33,849 nt of DNA from Candidatus Sysuimicrobiota bacterium (GCA_040289515.1 PSLI01000023.1:1-33849); one strand, 5' to 3'. Shown: positions 17,021-27,082, numbered from the stretch's first letter. Made by a program: numbers and translations. Notes: generated from the sequence alone by a model not told the origin.

Positions 17021-18901
17021 GTGCGAGGGAACCACGTCAAGATCCTGGTCGGAGGGGTCCAGCTCCGCGACGGGGTCACCACGGTAACCGACATCTTGGG
17101 CAAGATCTTCACCCGCGCGGGGCTGTTCGCCATCGCCATGGAGAAGGGGTACGCCTCCACCATCTACGGGGCGCACCAGTTCGACCCACTGCTGGTCAGC
17201 GAGGAGCCCCCGGTCTCCTACGGGGATCCGGAGGTGGACGTCCTGGTGGCCCTGGACTATGACAGCAACCCCGACGCCCCGGAGCAGCCCAACCGCGACA
17301 CGGTGCTGCGGCACGGGAGCAAGCTGCGGGATGGAGGTCTCCTGGTGTACGACTCCTCCACGGGCGAGATTCCCACCGCGGCCCTGGAGGTCCGCGGGGT
17401 GCAGGTCTTCCCCATCCCCGCGCGCAAGATCGCGCAGGCGGAGCTGAAGCGGGAGGTTGTGAAGAACGTGGTGATGACCGGTGCCCTGTTCCGCCTGCTG
17501 CAGTTTGACCCCGACGAGGCGTACCTGCGCCAGCTGCTGGAGGAGCGGTTCCTACGCAAGGGGCGGGAAGTGGTGGAGTTGAACCTGCAGGCGGCGCGGC
17601 GCGGCCGGCAGGAGGTGGAACGGGTGCTGGATCGCAGCGGCTACCGGCTGCCTGTGCGGCTAGAGCCGCGGCCGGGCCGCCACCGGGCGGTGTACATCTC
17701 GGGCAACGAGTGCCTGGGGCTGGGCGCCATCGCGGGTGGGGTGCGGTTCTACGCGGGCTATCCCATCACCCCTGCCAGCAGCATCCTGGAGTTCATGGAG
17801 CAGTGGCTACCCCGGTACGGGGGCAGGGCCCTACAGGGCCAAAACGAGCGGGAAAGCATCCGGGCGGCTTTGGGTGCAGCCCTGGCGGGTGTGCGGTCCA
17901 TGGTGGGGAGCTCCGGGCCGGGCATCTCCCTGAAGGTGGAGGAGTTCGGGCTCAGCGGCGCCACGGAGACGCCCGTGGTGGTGGTGGACGCGCAGCGGGC
18001 CGGGCCCTCCACCGGAATGCCCACGCGTCCCGAGCAGGGCGACCTGAACCTGGTCCTCGGAGGCGGTCACGGGGACTTCCCCCGCATCGTGCTGGCACCG
18101 GGCACGGTGGAGGAGTGCTACACGCTGATGTTGGAGGCGTGCGAGCTGGCGGACAAGTACCAATGCCCGGTGTTCTTCCTGACGGACCTGAACCTGTCCG
18201 AGGGGAAGAAGACCGTCCTGGAGGAGGTGTTCCAGCGTCCCCGGGTGGTCCGCCACGGCCTGGTGCGGGAGGAGGTGCGCGGCAGGCCCTACCGACGCTT
18301 CGAGGTGACGCCCTCTGGGATCTCTCCGCGCAGCATCCCGGGCACCCCTGGAGCCATCTTCAAGGCCAGCGGGGCCGAGCACGATGAGTTCGGGTTCGTG
18401 TCCATCGACCCTCGGAAGCGGGCCGCCATGGTGGAGAAGCGCATGCGCAAGCTGAACACCTACCTGCGGGAGGACTGGAAGCCACCGCGGGTGTGGGGCT
18501 CGGTGCGGGGCAACCCCGTCCTGGTGGGCTGGGGAAACACCCGTCCCGTGCTAGAGGAGGCACGGGGAATCCTGCAAGGGCGCGGCTTCGAGGTGGCGCT
18601 GGTGCACTTCACCCACGTGTTCCCCCTGCACCGCGGAAAGCTGGAGGCCCTGTTCGCGGACGCGGGGCCCGTGGTGGTGGTGGAGCAGAACTTCACAGGG
18701 CAGTTCGCGGACCTGCTGCAGCGGGAGCTTCGCATCGCCACCCGACGGGTGAACAAGTACAACGGGGTGCCCCTGTACCCAGGGGAGGTGGCGGAGGCAG
18801 TGCTGCAGGCGTTGCAGAAGGAAGGCGCGGTGGTGCGCATCGGAGGGGACACGCAACCCGTGCCCGTGGAGGTGGGTCGCAATGAGCACGAAGGGGATTA
18901 A
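17021..18901 (+). CDS. 2-oxoacid:ferredoxin oxidoreductase alpha subunit (gamma-alpha fusion, KorA type)
   Basis: FYAGYPITPAS, SSGPGISL, QRAGPSTGMPT..EQGD, GGHGDFPRIVLAP and VEQNFTGQ motifs; GGAGG RBS before GTG 17021 (16970 alternative). Confidence 0.92.
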   Translation: MRGNHVKILVGGVQLRDGVTTVTDILGKIFTRAGLFAIAMEKGYASTIYGAHQFDPLLVSEEPPVSYGDPEVDVLVALDYDSNPDAPEQPNRDTVLRHGSKLRDGGLLVYDSSTGEIPTAALEVRGVQVFPIPARKIAQAELKREVVKNVVMTGALFRLLQFDPDEAYLRQLLEERFLRKGREVVELNLQAARRGRQEVERVLDRSGYRLPVRLEPRPGRHRAVYISGNECLGLGAIAGGVRFYAGYPITPASSILEFMEQWLPRYGGRALQGQNERESIRAALGAALAGVRSMVGSSGPGISLKVEEFGLSGATETPVVVVDAQRAGPSTGMPTRPEQGDLNLVLGGGHGDFPRIVLAPGTVEECYTLMLEACELADKYQCPVFFLTDLNLSEGKKTVLEEVFQRPRVVRHGLVREEVRGRPYRRFEVTPSGISPRSIPGTPGAIFKASGAEHDEFGFVSIDPRKRAAMVEKRMRKLNTYLREDWKPPRVWGSVRGNPVLVGWGNTRPVLEEARGILQGRGFEVALVHFTHVFPLHRGKLEALFADAGPVVVVEQNFTGQFADLLQRELRIATRRVNKYNGVPLYPGEVAEAVLQALQKEGAVVRIGGDTQPVPVEVGRNEHEGD

Positions 18902-19745
18902 GCTCTGGGAGGAGAACGCGGTCCCCAAGCACCGCATCCAGTGGTGCCCGGGTTGTGGGGACTTTGGGGTTCTGGCGGCCCTGAAGCAGGCCCTCACGGA
19001 GCTGGAGATCATGCCGCACGAGCTGTTGCTGGTGGGGGGCATCGGCTGCTCGGGCCAGATCCGTAATTACCTGAACGGCAACGCCTTCCACGGCACCCAC
19101 GGGGGCGCTTTGGTCTATGGCCTGGGGGCAAAAATGGCCAACCCGGAGCTCACGGTGATCTGCCTAGCGGGGGACGGGGACACCCTGGCCATCGGGGTGG
19201 AGAACTTCGTGCACATCTGCCGCCGGGACCCGGACCTGGTGCTCCTGCTGATGAACAACGGTGTCTACGGCCTCACCAAGGGCCAGGACTCCCCCACCGC
19301 AGGGCTCGGACAGCCGGACGACCGCGGCAGCCGCGAGGAGCGCCCGCCCATGGTGGACGCCCTGCTCTTGGCCCTGGCCAGCGAAGCCACCTTCGTGGCG
19401 CAGTCCTTCAGCGGGGATGTTAAGCACACCGCCCGCATGATTGTGGAGGCCATCCAGCACCCGGGGTTCGCCTTCGTGAACGACTTCTCCCCGTGCGTAA
19501 CCTACAACCGGTTCAACACGTACGACTGGTTCCGGGAGCGGGTGGAGTACGTGCCAGAGGACCACGACCCCACCGACCGGGATGCCGCGTGGCGTTTGGT
19601 GCGGGAGTTCGCGCGGCGGGGCAAAGTGCCCCTGGGGGTGATCTACCGGAACCCGCGGCGCAAAATCCCGCAGCGGCGGCTGCCCGTGTGGGAGGAGGAG
19701 CTCTCGGGGGTTGACCTGGAACCCGTCCTGGCCCAGTACCGCTAG
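18882..19745 (+). CDS. 2-oxoacid:ferredoxin oxidoreductase beta subunit (TPP-binding)
   Basis: WCPGCGDFG, GIGCS, GDGD..IG, NNGVYGLTKGQ.SPT and SPCVTYN motifs. Confidence 0.93.
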   Translation: MSTKGIKLWEENAVPKHRIQWCPGCGDFGVLAALKQALTELEIMPHELLLVGGIGCSGQIRNYLNGNAFHGTHGGALVYGLGAKMANPELTVICLAGDGDTLAIGVENFVHICRRDPDLVLLLMNNGVYGLTKGQDSPTAGLGQPDDRGSREERPPMVDALLLALASEATFVAQSFSGDVKHTARMIVEAIQHPGFAFVNDFSPCVTYNRFNTYDWFRERVEYVPEDHDPTDRDAAWRLVREFARRGKVPLGVIYRNPRRKIPQRRLPVWEEELSGVDLEPVLAQYR

Positions 19746-19785
19746 CGAGAAGACCACGGGCCTTGCCGAGCAGGCGGCGGCCCGG

Positions 19786-19989
19786 TCAGTGAACGGCGCA
19801 GTTGCAGCTACCCCCGCAGCCGCAGCCTTCCGAGGAGCGGGCAGGGCGCGGTGGTGCGATCACGGACACCAGACGCCGCACCTCCGGTGCCCCGCACCGT
19901 CGGCAGCACACCCTGTCGGCCTCCGCGTAAGCCACCAACCGCTCAAACCGCTCCCCGCACTGGGTGCACACGTACTCGTAGACGGGCAT
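19786..19989 (-). CDS. FmdB-family zinc-ribbon protein
   Basis: MPVYEYVCTQCGERFE...CRRCGA..VRRLVS with a Cys-rich tail. Confidence 0.88.
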   Translation of the reverse strand: MPVYEYVCTQCGERFERLVAYAEADRVCCRRCGAPEVRRLVSVIAPPRPARSSEGCGCGGSCNCAVH

Positions 19990-20036
19990 GGTCGCCTGCG
20001 CCTCCGCGGTTCATGATAGCAGGGGAGGTGGGCACC

Positions 20037-20720
20037 GTGGATCGGCGGGCGGTGAGGGTTCCTCTGGAGGACGGGGCGGGTCTGGAGGCGGATCTGTCGG
20101 TCCCCTCGGAGGCCCGGGGCGTGGTGGTGTTCGCCCACGGGAGCGGTAGCAGCCGGTTGAGTCCCCGCAACCGCTTCGTAGCGGGCAGGCTGGAGGCGGA
20201 GGGCCTGGCAACGCTCCTACTGGATTTACTCACGGCCCGGGAGGAGCGGGAGGACCTGGTCACGGGCCGGTTCCGATTTGACGTGGACCTGCTGGCCCGG
20301 AGGCTGCTTTCGGCCATCCGCTGGGTCTCTGAACAGCCGGAGCTAGCAGACCTGCGGGTGGGCCTGTTCGGGGCCAGCACGGGAGCCGCGGCCGCGCTGC
20401 AGGCCGCCGCGGCGGCCCCGGAGCGGGTGGCGGCGGTGGTCTCCCGTGGAGGGCGGCCTGACCTCGCCCGCCAGGCGCTCCTGCACGTCCGGGCACCCAC
20501 CCTGCTCATCGTGGGCGGCGCGGACGAACCCGTCTTGCACCTGAACCAGCAGGCCCTACTGCTCCTGGGCTGCCACAAACAGCTGGAGGTCGTCCCGGGC
20601 GCGGGCCACCTGTTCGAAGAGCCGGGCGCCCTGGAGCGGGTAGCGGAGCTGGCCGTGCGGTGGTTCGTCCGGTACCTGGCTCCGGATCAGGCACCCAGCA
20701 GCCCCGCGGCCCGCTCGTAG
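20037..20720 (+). CDS. Dienelactone-hydrolase-like alpha/beta hydrolase
   Basis: VVFAHGSGSSRLSPRN, GLFGASTGAAAAL, VSRGGRPDLA and VPGAGHLFEEPG motifs; GGAGGT RBS. Confidence 0.88.
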   Translation: MDRRAVRVPLEDGAGLEADLSVPSEARGVVVFAHGSGSSRLSPRNRFVAGRLEAEGLATLLLDLLTAREEREDLVTGRFRFDVDLLARRLLSAIRWVSEQPELADLRVGLFGASTGAAAALQAAAAAPERVAAVVSRGGRPDLARQALLHVRAPTLLIVGGADEPVLHLNQQALLLLGCHKQLEVVPGAGHLFEEPGALERVAELAVRWFVRYLAPDQAPSSPAARS

Positions 20721-21100
20721 TCCTCGGGCTTGACCCACAGGATCATCCCGTAGCGGCCTGCCCCCGCGCTGGTGGCCGCTGCCGCGGTGACGTTCACGCC
20801 GGCCTCACCGAGCCTGCGCAGGTGCTCCGCGGCCGCGCCCACGCGGTCCTCCCCCTGGATGAGGAACGCCCACTTGGGCGAGCTAAGCTGCCAGCCTTCT
20901 TGGGCAGCCACCCGGCGCAGGGCCTCCGGGTCTTCGGCCACCAGGTCCAGCTGCGCGCGTCCGGCTTCCACGGGAAACCCGAGCACCGCGAGCAGGTTCA
21001 CCCCCGCCCGCTGCAAGGCCGCCAGGACCCGAAGCCCCTCCCCGGGCTGGTCGGGTACCACCACGTATTGGTACTGCACCCGCCGCACCACGTCCCCCAT
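20687..21100 (-). CDS. Double ACT-domain protein
   Basis: VPDQPGEGLRVLAALQRAGVNL and GEDRVGAAAEHLRRLGEAGVNV repeats; candidate promoter TTGGCG-N17-CACAAT upstream. Confidence 0.8.
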   Translation of the reverse strand: MGDVVRRVQYQYVVVPDQPGEGLRVLAALQRAGVNLLAVLGFPVEAGRAQLDLVAEDPEALRRVAAQEGWQLSSPKWAFLIQGEDRVGAAAEHLRRLGEAGVNVTAAAATSAGAGRYGMILWVKPEDYERAAGLLGA

Positions 21101-21169
21101 GGGATCACCCCCTTGGGCTTGGTACCCGTCATTGTGCCCCGAACGGGCACGGCCGCCAAGCGGGTGAGG

Positions 21170-21198
21170 TTGACAGCGGCCGGACGGGCCGGTAATTT
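21170..21198 (+). promoter_or_regulatory. Sigma70 promoter of the metal-uptake operon
   Basis: TTGACA(21170)-N17-TAATTT(21193). Confidence 0.75.
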
Positions 21199-21230
21199 TT
21201 AGCCAAGGCGAATTTAGCCTCTGTCAAAAA
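21196..21230. promoter_or_regulatory. Putative DtxR/MntR operator(s)
   Basis: Near-palindrome TTAGCC-AA-GGCGAA (21199-21212) followed by a weaker TTAGCC-TC-TGTCAA (21214-21227); AT-rich, overlaps the predicted TSS, resembles DtxR-family boxes. Confidence 0.6.
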
Positions 21231-21244
21231 CTTGGGGGGCAGCG

Positions 21245-21898
21245 GTGACAAGCGTTGCGGTGGAGGATTACCTGAAGGCCATTTACAAGCTGGGGCGATC
21301 GGGCCAAGCCGTGGCCACCAACGCCATCGCGGCCCACATGGGGGTGGCTCCGGCTTCCGTGACCAAGATGCTCAAGCGCCTGCGGGCCCGGGGGCTGGTG
21401 GCCCACACGCCCTACCATGGGGTGCGGCTGACCCCCGCGGGGCAGCACGCGGCCCTGGAGGTGATTCGCCACCACCGGTTGCTGGAGCTGTACCTGACCG
21501 CCCAGCTGGGCCTGCCCATCGAGCAGGCGCACCAGGAGGCTGAGCGGTTGGAGCACGCCCTGTCCGAGGCCCTGGAAGAACGGATCGCGCAGGTGTTGGG
21601 CGACCCTTCCGCGGACCCGCACGGGGATCCTATTCCCACCCGGGCGGGCGAGCTGCGGGAGGAGCGCTACCCGCGGCTTTCAGAGGCCGTGCCCGGCAAG
21701 ACCTTCCGGGTGGAGAGGGTGAGCGACAGCGACCCCGCGCGTCTGCGGCGCCTGGCCTCCCTGGCCCTTCTGCCCGGCGCGCACGTGCGGGTGATGAGCA
21801 GGTCCGGCGGGTCCGTAACCGTGCGAACGGGAGAGGCGACCCGAAAGGTGTCGGTGCGTGCCGCGGAGGGGGTGTTCGTCCGGGAGGTGGAGGAGTGA
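21245..21898 (+). CDS. mntR: DtxR/MntR/TroR-family metal-dependent repressor (HTH + dimerisation + FeoA/SH3)
   Basis: EDYLKAIY, ASVTKMLKRL, HHRLLELYL, AHQEAERLEH and DPHGDPIP motifs. Confidence 0.9.
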   Translation: MTSVAVEDYLKAIYKLGRSGQAVATNAIAAHMGVAPASVTKMLKRLRARGLVAHTPYHGVRLTPAGQHAALEVIRHHRLLELYLTAQLGLPIEQAHQEAERLEHALSEALEERIAQVLGDPSADPHGDPIPTRAGELREERYPRLSEAVPGKTFRVERVSDSDPARLRRLASLALLPGAHVRVMSRSGGSVTVRTGEATRKVSVRAAEGVFVREVEE

Positions 21899-22785
21899 GA
21901 CCCCTGTGGCTGGCTTTGCTGGTTGGGCTGGCGGCATGCACCGCCGCCCCGGCACCCTCCTCTCCGAAGCCGAAGGCCGTGGCCACCATCAACGTCCTGG
22001 CGGACCTGGTGGCGCAGGTGGCGGGGGATCGGGTGGAAGTCTTCAGCCTCATCCCCGTGGGTGGGGACCCTCACACGTACGAGCCCGTACCCCGGGACGT
22101 GCAAAAGGTCGCGGAGGCGCAGCTGGTGTTCTACAACGGCCTGGGGCTGGAGAAGTGGCTGGAGAAGCTCATCGAAAATGCGGGCGGGCAGCGGGTGTCC
22201 GTGGTGCTCACGCGGGGCCTGCGGCCCACGGTCCAGACGGAGGGCCGCTACCGGGGCGATCCCGACCCGCACCTGTGGATGGACCCGGTGTTCGCCAAAA
22301 CGTACGTGGTCAATGCGCGGGACGCCCTGGTGGCCTTCGATCCAGGCGGCCGGCCCGTCTACGAGGCCAACGCAGCCCGCACCCTGCGGGAGCTCGACGG
22401 CCTGGACACGTGGATCCGCCAGCAGGTCGCACAGATCCCCCCGCAGCGCCGCAAGCTGGTCACCACCCATGACGCCTTCCGGTACTTCGGCCAGCGCTAC
22501 GGCTTCCGGGTGGTGGGGACCATCTGGGGCATCAGCACGGAGGACGAACCCTCCGCCCAGGAGATCGCGCGGTTGGTGGACCGCATCCGGGCGGAGGGCG
22601 TGCCCGCGGTGTTCGTGGAGACCACCCTCAACCCCAAGCTGATGGAGCGGGTGGCCCGCGAGGCGGGGGTGCGCGTGGGGGAGAAGCTGTATGGCGACTC
22701 CCTGGGGCCGCCCGGCAGCGACGCGGACACCTACGTGAAGATGATGCGGCACAACGTCCGCGCCATCGTGGAGGCGCTGCGGTGA
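21895..22785 (+). CDS. Mn/Zn/Fe ABC transporter substrate-binding lipoprotein (TroA/MntA)
   Basis: Lipobox LAAC; metal-ligand motifs DPHTYEP, DPHLWMDP, THDAF and GDSLG. Confidence 0.92.
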   Translation: MRPLWLALLVGLAACTAAPAPSSPKPKAVATINVLADLVAQVAGDRVEVFSLIPVGGDPHTYEPVPRDVQKVAEAQLVFYNGLGLEKWLEKLIENAGGQRVSVVLTRGLRPTVQTEGRYRGDPDPHLWMDPVFAKTYVVNARDALVAFDPGGRPVYEANAARTLRELDGLDTWIRQQVAQIPPQRRKLVTTHDAFRYFGQRYGFRVVGTIWGISTEDEPSAQEIARLVDRIRAEGVPAVFVETTLNPKLMERVAREAGVRVGEKLYGDSLGPPGSDADTYVKMMRHNVRAIVEALR

Positions 22786-23543
22786 GCCAAATTCCGGCCA
22801 TCCGCGTACACAACCTGACCGTGTCCTACCGGGGTAAGCCCGCCATCCGCAACATCACCGTGACGGTGGAGCAGGGCCTGCGGGTGGGGCTCATCGGCCC
22901 CAACGGCGCGGGGAAGTCTACCCTCCTGCGGGCCCTGGTCGGGCTGTTGGTGCCGGACCGGGGGTTCGTGGAGTTGTTCGGGAAGCCCGTGCGGGAGGCC
23001 CGCAAGCTGGTGGCGTACGTGCCCCAGCGCAGCGAGGTGGACTGGGACTACCCTGTGGTGGCGGAGGAGGTGGTCCTCATGGGACGCTTCCCGCACCTCG
23101 GCTGGGTGCGCCGCCCGGGGCCGGAGGACCGCCGCCTCGTTCGCGAGTGCTTGCGACAGGTGGGGATGGAGGCCTTCGGGCAGCGGCAGATCGGGCAGCT
23201 GTCGGGCGGACAGCAGCAGCGGGTGTTTCTGGCCCGAGCCCTGGCCCAGCAGGCTCGGCTTCTGCTGCTGGACGAGCCTTTCGTGGGGGTGGACGCCGCC
23301 ACGGAGGAGGCCATCTACGCGCTTTTGGACCGGCTCCGGGAGGAGGGACGCACGGTGGTGGTAGCCACCCACGACCTGAGCCGGGCCCAGACCGCCTTCG
23401 ACCGCCTGTTGCTACTCAACCAAACCGTGATCGCCTACGGCCCTCCTGCGGAGGTTTTCCAGCCCGCCCTGCTTCAGCGCACCTACGGGGGCCGGCTCAG
23501 CCTGCTGGAGGTGGCCGACCAGCGGATGGCCATGCGGTCATGA
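22782..23543 (+). CDS. Metal ABC transporter ATP-binding protein
   Basis: [22 protein letters not shown] and LLDEPFVGVD motifs. Confidence 0.93.
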   Translation: MSQIPAIRVHNLTVSYRGKPAIRNITVTVEQGLRVGLIGPNGAGKSTLLRALVGLLVPDRGFVELFGKPVREARKLVAYVPQRSEVDWDYPVVAEEVVLMGRFPHLGWVRRPGPEDRRLVRECLRQVGMEAFGQRQIGQLSGGQQQRVFLARALAQQARLLLLDEPFVGVDAATEEAIYALLDRLREEGRTVVVATHDLSRAQTAFDRLLLLNQTVIAYGPPAEVFQPALLQRTYGGRLSLLEVADQRMAMRS

Positions 23544-25072
23544 GCGTTCTGGACGCGGTCCTGGCACCCCTGCAGTATACCTTCATGCAGCGCGCCCTGA
23601 TGGCGTCCCTGCTGGTGGGGGGAATCTGCGCGGTGCTCAGCTGCTTTTTGCTGGTGAAGCGGTGGGCTCTGCTGGGGGACGCCATCTCCCATGCGGTGTT
23701 ACCGGGCGTGGCCTTTGCGTACCTGCTGGGCCTGCCCTTCTTCGTGGGCGCCGTGACCACGGGGATCTTGACCGCCCTGGGCATCTCCGCGGTGGAGCGG
23801 CACACCCATATCAAGGAAGACTCCGCCATGGGGATCGTGTTCACGGGCGCCTTCGCCCTGGGCTTTGTGCTGGTGAGCCGCATCCGCAGCAAGGCTGTGG
23901 ATCTGTTCCACATCCTGTTCGGCAACGTGCTGGGGGTCTCCGATTCCGATCTGGTGCTGACCGCGGTCACGGGCGCGGTGGTGCTGGCCGTGGTGGGACT
24001 GCTGTACAAGGAGCTGGTACTGTGGACCTTCGACCCCGTGGGGGCGGCGGCCATGGGGCTACCCACGGGGGTCCTGCACTACACCCTGATGTTCCTGCTG
24101 TCGCTGACCATCGTGGCCTCCCTGCAGACGGTGGGCATCGTGCTGGTGGTGGCTATGCTAATCACACCGGGGGCGGTGGCCTTCCTCCTCACGGATCGCA
24201 TGTCCCGGATGCTGGGAGTTGCGGTGGCCGTGGGCTGGGTGTCCACGGTGGCGGGTCTGTTCTTGTCCTACCACCTGAACGTGGCCTCCGGTGCCACCAT
24301 GGTGCTGGTGGCCAGCGTGTTGTTCGGCGCGGCGGTGCTTTTGAGCCCCCGGGAGGGTCTGGTGTGGGAGTGGGCGCGGCGCCAGCGGCTGGCGCGGGAT
24401 CGGCAGGTGGAGGACCTGCTCAAGCAGGCGTATGCCCTCGGAGTCGAGGGCGTCGCGGTGCAGGACCTGGCGGAGCGGGTGGGAGTCTCCCTCCCGCAGG
24501 TTTGGAGGCTCGTGCGCGGGCTACAGGCGGCTGGGCTTCTGCACCGGGAGGGTGGACGTGTGACCCTCAGCGAGGCTGGCCGTAGCCGCGCCCTGGAGCT
24601 CGTTCGCTCGCACCGGCTGTGGGAGCGCTACCTGGTGGACCGGGCGGGGCTGTCGTGGGCGGAGGTTCACGCGGAGGCCGAGCGGCTGGAGCACCTGGCC
24701 CCTGCAGAGCTGGCGGCGTACCTGGACGAAGCCCTGGGCCACCCCAGGCGGGACCCCCACGGGTCGCCCATCCCGCCGCACGGTCAGGGTGCCCCGTTGG
24801 GGGTGCTGGCGGAATGTGCGGTGGGGGAGCGGGTGGAAGTTCGGGAGGTGGAGGACGAGCATCCGGAAGTCCTGCGAGCCCTGGAGGCGTGGGGGATCCA
24901 GCCCGGCACCCAGCTGGAGGTGGTGGAGCGGCAGCCTGGACGCGTGCGGGTGCGGTGGGAGGGTGGGGAGGTGTGGCTGGACGCCCCGCTGGCGCAGGCG
25001 ATCCGTGCGCAGCGGGCTACCGGAGAATCTTGGACAGAAAGGCGCGGGTCCGGTCGTGCCGGGGACTCGTGA
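23540..25072 (+). CDS. Metal ABC permease (ABC-3) fused to a C-terminal DtxR-family regulator domain
   Basis: N-part [43 protein letters not shown]-part [33 protein letters not shown] and FeoA-like tail, all in one frame; ATGA overlap with the ATPase. Confidence 0.9.
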   Translation: MSVLDAVLAPLQYTFMQRALMASLLVGGICAVLSCFLLVKRWALLGDAISHAVLPGVAFAYLLGLPFFVGAVTTGILTALGISAVERHTHIKEDSAMGIVFTGAFALGFVLVSRIRSKAVDLFHILFGNVLGVSDSDLVLTAVTGAVVLAVVGLLYKELVLWTFDPVGAAAMGLPTGVLHYTLMFLLSLTIVASLQTVGIVLVVAMLITPGAVAFLLTDRMSRMLGVAVAVGWVSTVAGLFLSYHLNVASGATMVLVASVLFGAAVLLSPREGLVWEWARRQRLARDRQVEDLLKQAYALGVEGVAVQDLAERVGVSLPQVWRLVRGLQAAGLLHREGGRVTLSEAGRSRALELVRSHRLWERYLVDRAGLSWAEVHAEAERLEHLAPAELAAYLDEALGHPRRDPHGSPIPPHGQGAPLGVLAECAVGERVEVREVEDEHPEVLRALEAWGIQPGTQLEVVERQPGRVRVRWEGGEVWLDAPLAQAIRAQRATGESWTERRGSGRAGDS

Positions 25073-25760
25073 AGAAGGTGGCAGGCGGCGCCACCTCCAC
25101 CACGGTCCCCTCGTCCATGAACACGATGCGGTCTGCCACCTCGCGGGCAAAGCCCATCTCGTGAGTCACGACCACCATGGTCATGCCGCGGCGGGCTAGG
25201 TCCCGCATCACGTCCAGCACCTCCTGGATCATCTCGGGGTCCAGGGCCGAGGTGGGCTCGTCGAACAGCATGATCTTGGGCTGCATGGCGAGGGCCCGGG
25301 CGATGGCGACGCGCTGCTGCTGTCCGCCGGAGAGCTGGGAGGGGTAACGATCCGCTTTCTCCGGGATCCCTACCCGTTCCAGCAGCTCCCGGGCCACCCG
25401 TTCCGCCTGCTCCCGGGGCCACTTGCGCACCAGCACGGGGGCCAGGGTGATGTTCTGCAGCACCGTGAGGTGGGGGAACAGGTTGAACTGCTGGAACACC
25501 ATGCCCACCTCCCGGCGGACGGCGTCCACGTGCCGGAGGTCATCCGTGAGCTCGATGCCGTCCACCACGATGCGGCCGCGGTCGTGCCGCTCCAGCCGGT
25601 TGATGCAGCGGATCAGGGTGGACTTGCCGGACCCCGAGGGACCGCAGATCACCACCACTTCCCCGGGCCAAACCTCCAGGTCGATGCCCCGGAGGACGTG
25701 GAGCCGGCCGAACCACTTGTGCACCCCCTGCAGGAGGATGATGGGGTCGGTGCGGCTCAC
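25017..25760 (-). CDS. Polar amino-acid ABC transporter ATP-binding protein (GlnQ-like)
   Basis: [41 protein letters not shown] and HEMGFA motifs; GTG overlaps the permease stop. Confidence 0.94.
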   Translation of the reverse strand: MSRTDPIILLQGVHKWFGRLHVLRGIDLEVWPGEVVVICGPSGSGKSTLIRCINRLERHDRGRIVVDGIELTDDLRHVDAVRREVGMVFQQFNLFPHLTVLQNITLAPVLVRKWPREQAERVARELLERVGIPEKADRYPSQLSGGQQQRVAIARALAMQPKIMLFDEPTSALDPEMIQEVLDVMRDLARRGMTMVVVTHEMGFAREVADRIVFMDEGTVVEVAPPATFFTSPRHDRTRAFLSKILR

Positions 25761-26407
25761 GGGACCTCCGCCACCAACCGGCGCTCCAGCCGTTGTGTGA
25801 CCAGGGACAGGGGATAGCACACCAGGAAGTACAGGGCGGCCACGGTGAGCCAGATCTCAAAGGAAGCCAGCGTCCGCTCCACCACCCGCCGCCCCGCGGT
25901 GGTGAGTTCGAAGACGTTCACGATGGCCGCTAGGGACGTGTCCTTCAGCAAGGTAGTGAACAGCCCCATGAGGGGCGGGAGGCTGCGCCGCAGGGCTTGG
26001 GGGAGGATGACCCACCGCAGGGTCTGGCTGCGGTTCAGACCCAGGGACCGCGCGGCCTCCCACTGACCGCGCGGCAGGGATTGAATAGCGCCCCGCACGA
26101 TCTCCGCCGTGTTGGCGGCGGCGAAGAAGGTCATAGCCACGCTGGCCGCCAGGAAAGCACTGAGCCGGATCCCCACGGCCGGCAGGCCGAAGAAGAGGAA
26201 GAAGATCTGCATGATGAGGGGAGTGTCGCGGAAAAGCTCTACAAAGGCGGTCGCTGCGGCGTATACCACGCCCCGGCTGAGCCGGGCCAGCCCCACCAGG
26301 AATCCCAGCAGGGTGCCCAACGCCAGGACCAAAAGGCCCAGAAGGACGGTGCCCTGCAGGCCCCCCAGCAGGTAGGGGAGGTTGGCCGCCACCACCGTCC
26401 AGCGCAC
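25757..26407 (-). CDS. Amino-acid ABC transporter permease
   Basis: [34 protein letters not shown] and LLKDTSL motifs. Confidence 0.93.
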   Translation of the reverse strand: MRWTVVAANLPYLLGGLQGTVLLGLLVLALGTLLGFLVGLARLSRGVVYAAATAFVELFRDTPLIMQIFFLFFGLPAVGIRLSAFLAASVAMTFFAAANTAEIVRGAIQSLPRGQWEAARSLGLNRSQTLRWVILPQALRRSLPPLMGLFTTLLKDTSLAAIVNVFELTTAGRRVVERTLASFEIWLTVAALYFLVCYPLSLVTQRLERRLVAEVP

Positions 26408-26410
26408 CGT

Positions 26411-27082
26411 CTAGCGCTCCCGCAGTTGCAGATAGGCCAGAGCACGGGACTCCACGCCCCGCAGGGCCCACACCAGGAGGAGCACGAGGGCCAAGTACAG
26501 CAACGTCGCCATCCCGTAGACCTCGAAGCTGCGGAAGGTCCAGGCTTCCAGGTCCCGGGCCACGAAGGTGAGCTCCACCATCCCGATGGCGGACACCAGG
26601 GAAGAGTTCTTCACGAGGGCCACGAAGTTGTTGCCGAGGGCAGGCAGGCAAATCCGCACCGCCACCGGAAGCACCACGTGGCGGAAATGCCGCCACCCCG
26701 AAAGACCCAGGGCTGCTGCAGCTTCCCGCAAGCCGCGGGGGACGGCCTCCAGTCCTGCACGGAAGACTTCCGCGTTGTACGCCGCGGTATACAGCGCGAG
26801 GGCGAGCAGCCCAGACTGAAAAGGGGAGAGGCGGACCCCCACACGCGGGAAGCCGAAGAAGACGAAGAAGATCTGCACCAGCAGCGGAGTGTTGCGGAAG
26901 ACCTCCACGTACGCCGCCCCGGCCCAGCGGAGCGGCGGGGCGGGCGCGGTGCGGGCCGTGGCGACCGCGACCCCCCCGAGGCCCGCCAAGACGATGGCCA
27001 GGGCAGATACCTGCAGCGTGAGCAGGGCCCCGCGCAGGAGGGCGGGGAGGACTTCGACCCAAAACTGCCAGGGGCCCGACAT
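26411..27082 (-). CDS. Amino-acid ABC transporter permease
   Basis: YVEVFRNTPLLVQ, AEVFRAG..EAAAALG and LVKNSSL motifs. Confidence 0.93.
   Translation of the reverse strand: MSGPWQFWVEVLPALLRGALLTLQVSALAIVLAGLGGVAVATARTAPAPPLRWAGAAYVEVFRNTPLLVQIFFVFFGFPRVGVRLSPFQSGLLALALYTAAYNAEVFRAGLEAVPRGLREAAAALGLSGWRHFRHVVLPVAVRICLPALGNNFVALVKNSSLVSAIGMVELTFVARDLEAWTFRSFEVYGMATLLYLALVLLLVWALRGVESRALAYLQLRER

Noticed and set aside
21222..21227. Minus-strand TTGACA as the -35 of the ACT gene promoter
   Set aside because: No -10 at 16-18 bp spacing; a better TTGGCG-N17-CACAAT candidate lies nearer the gene, and this hexamer is part of the second operator-like box
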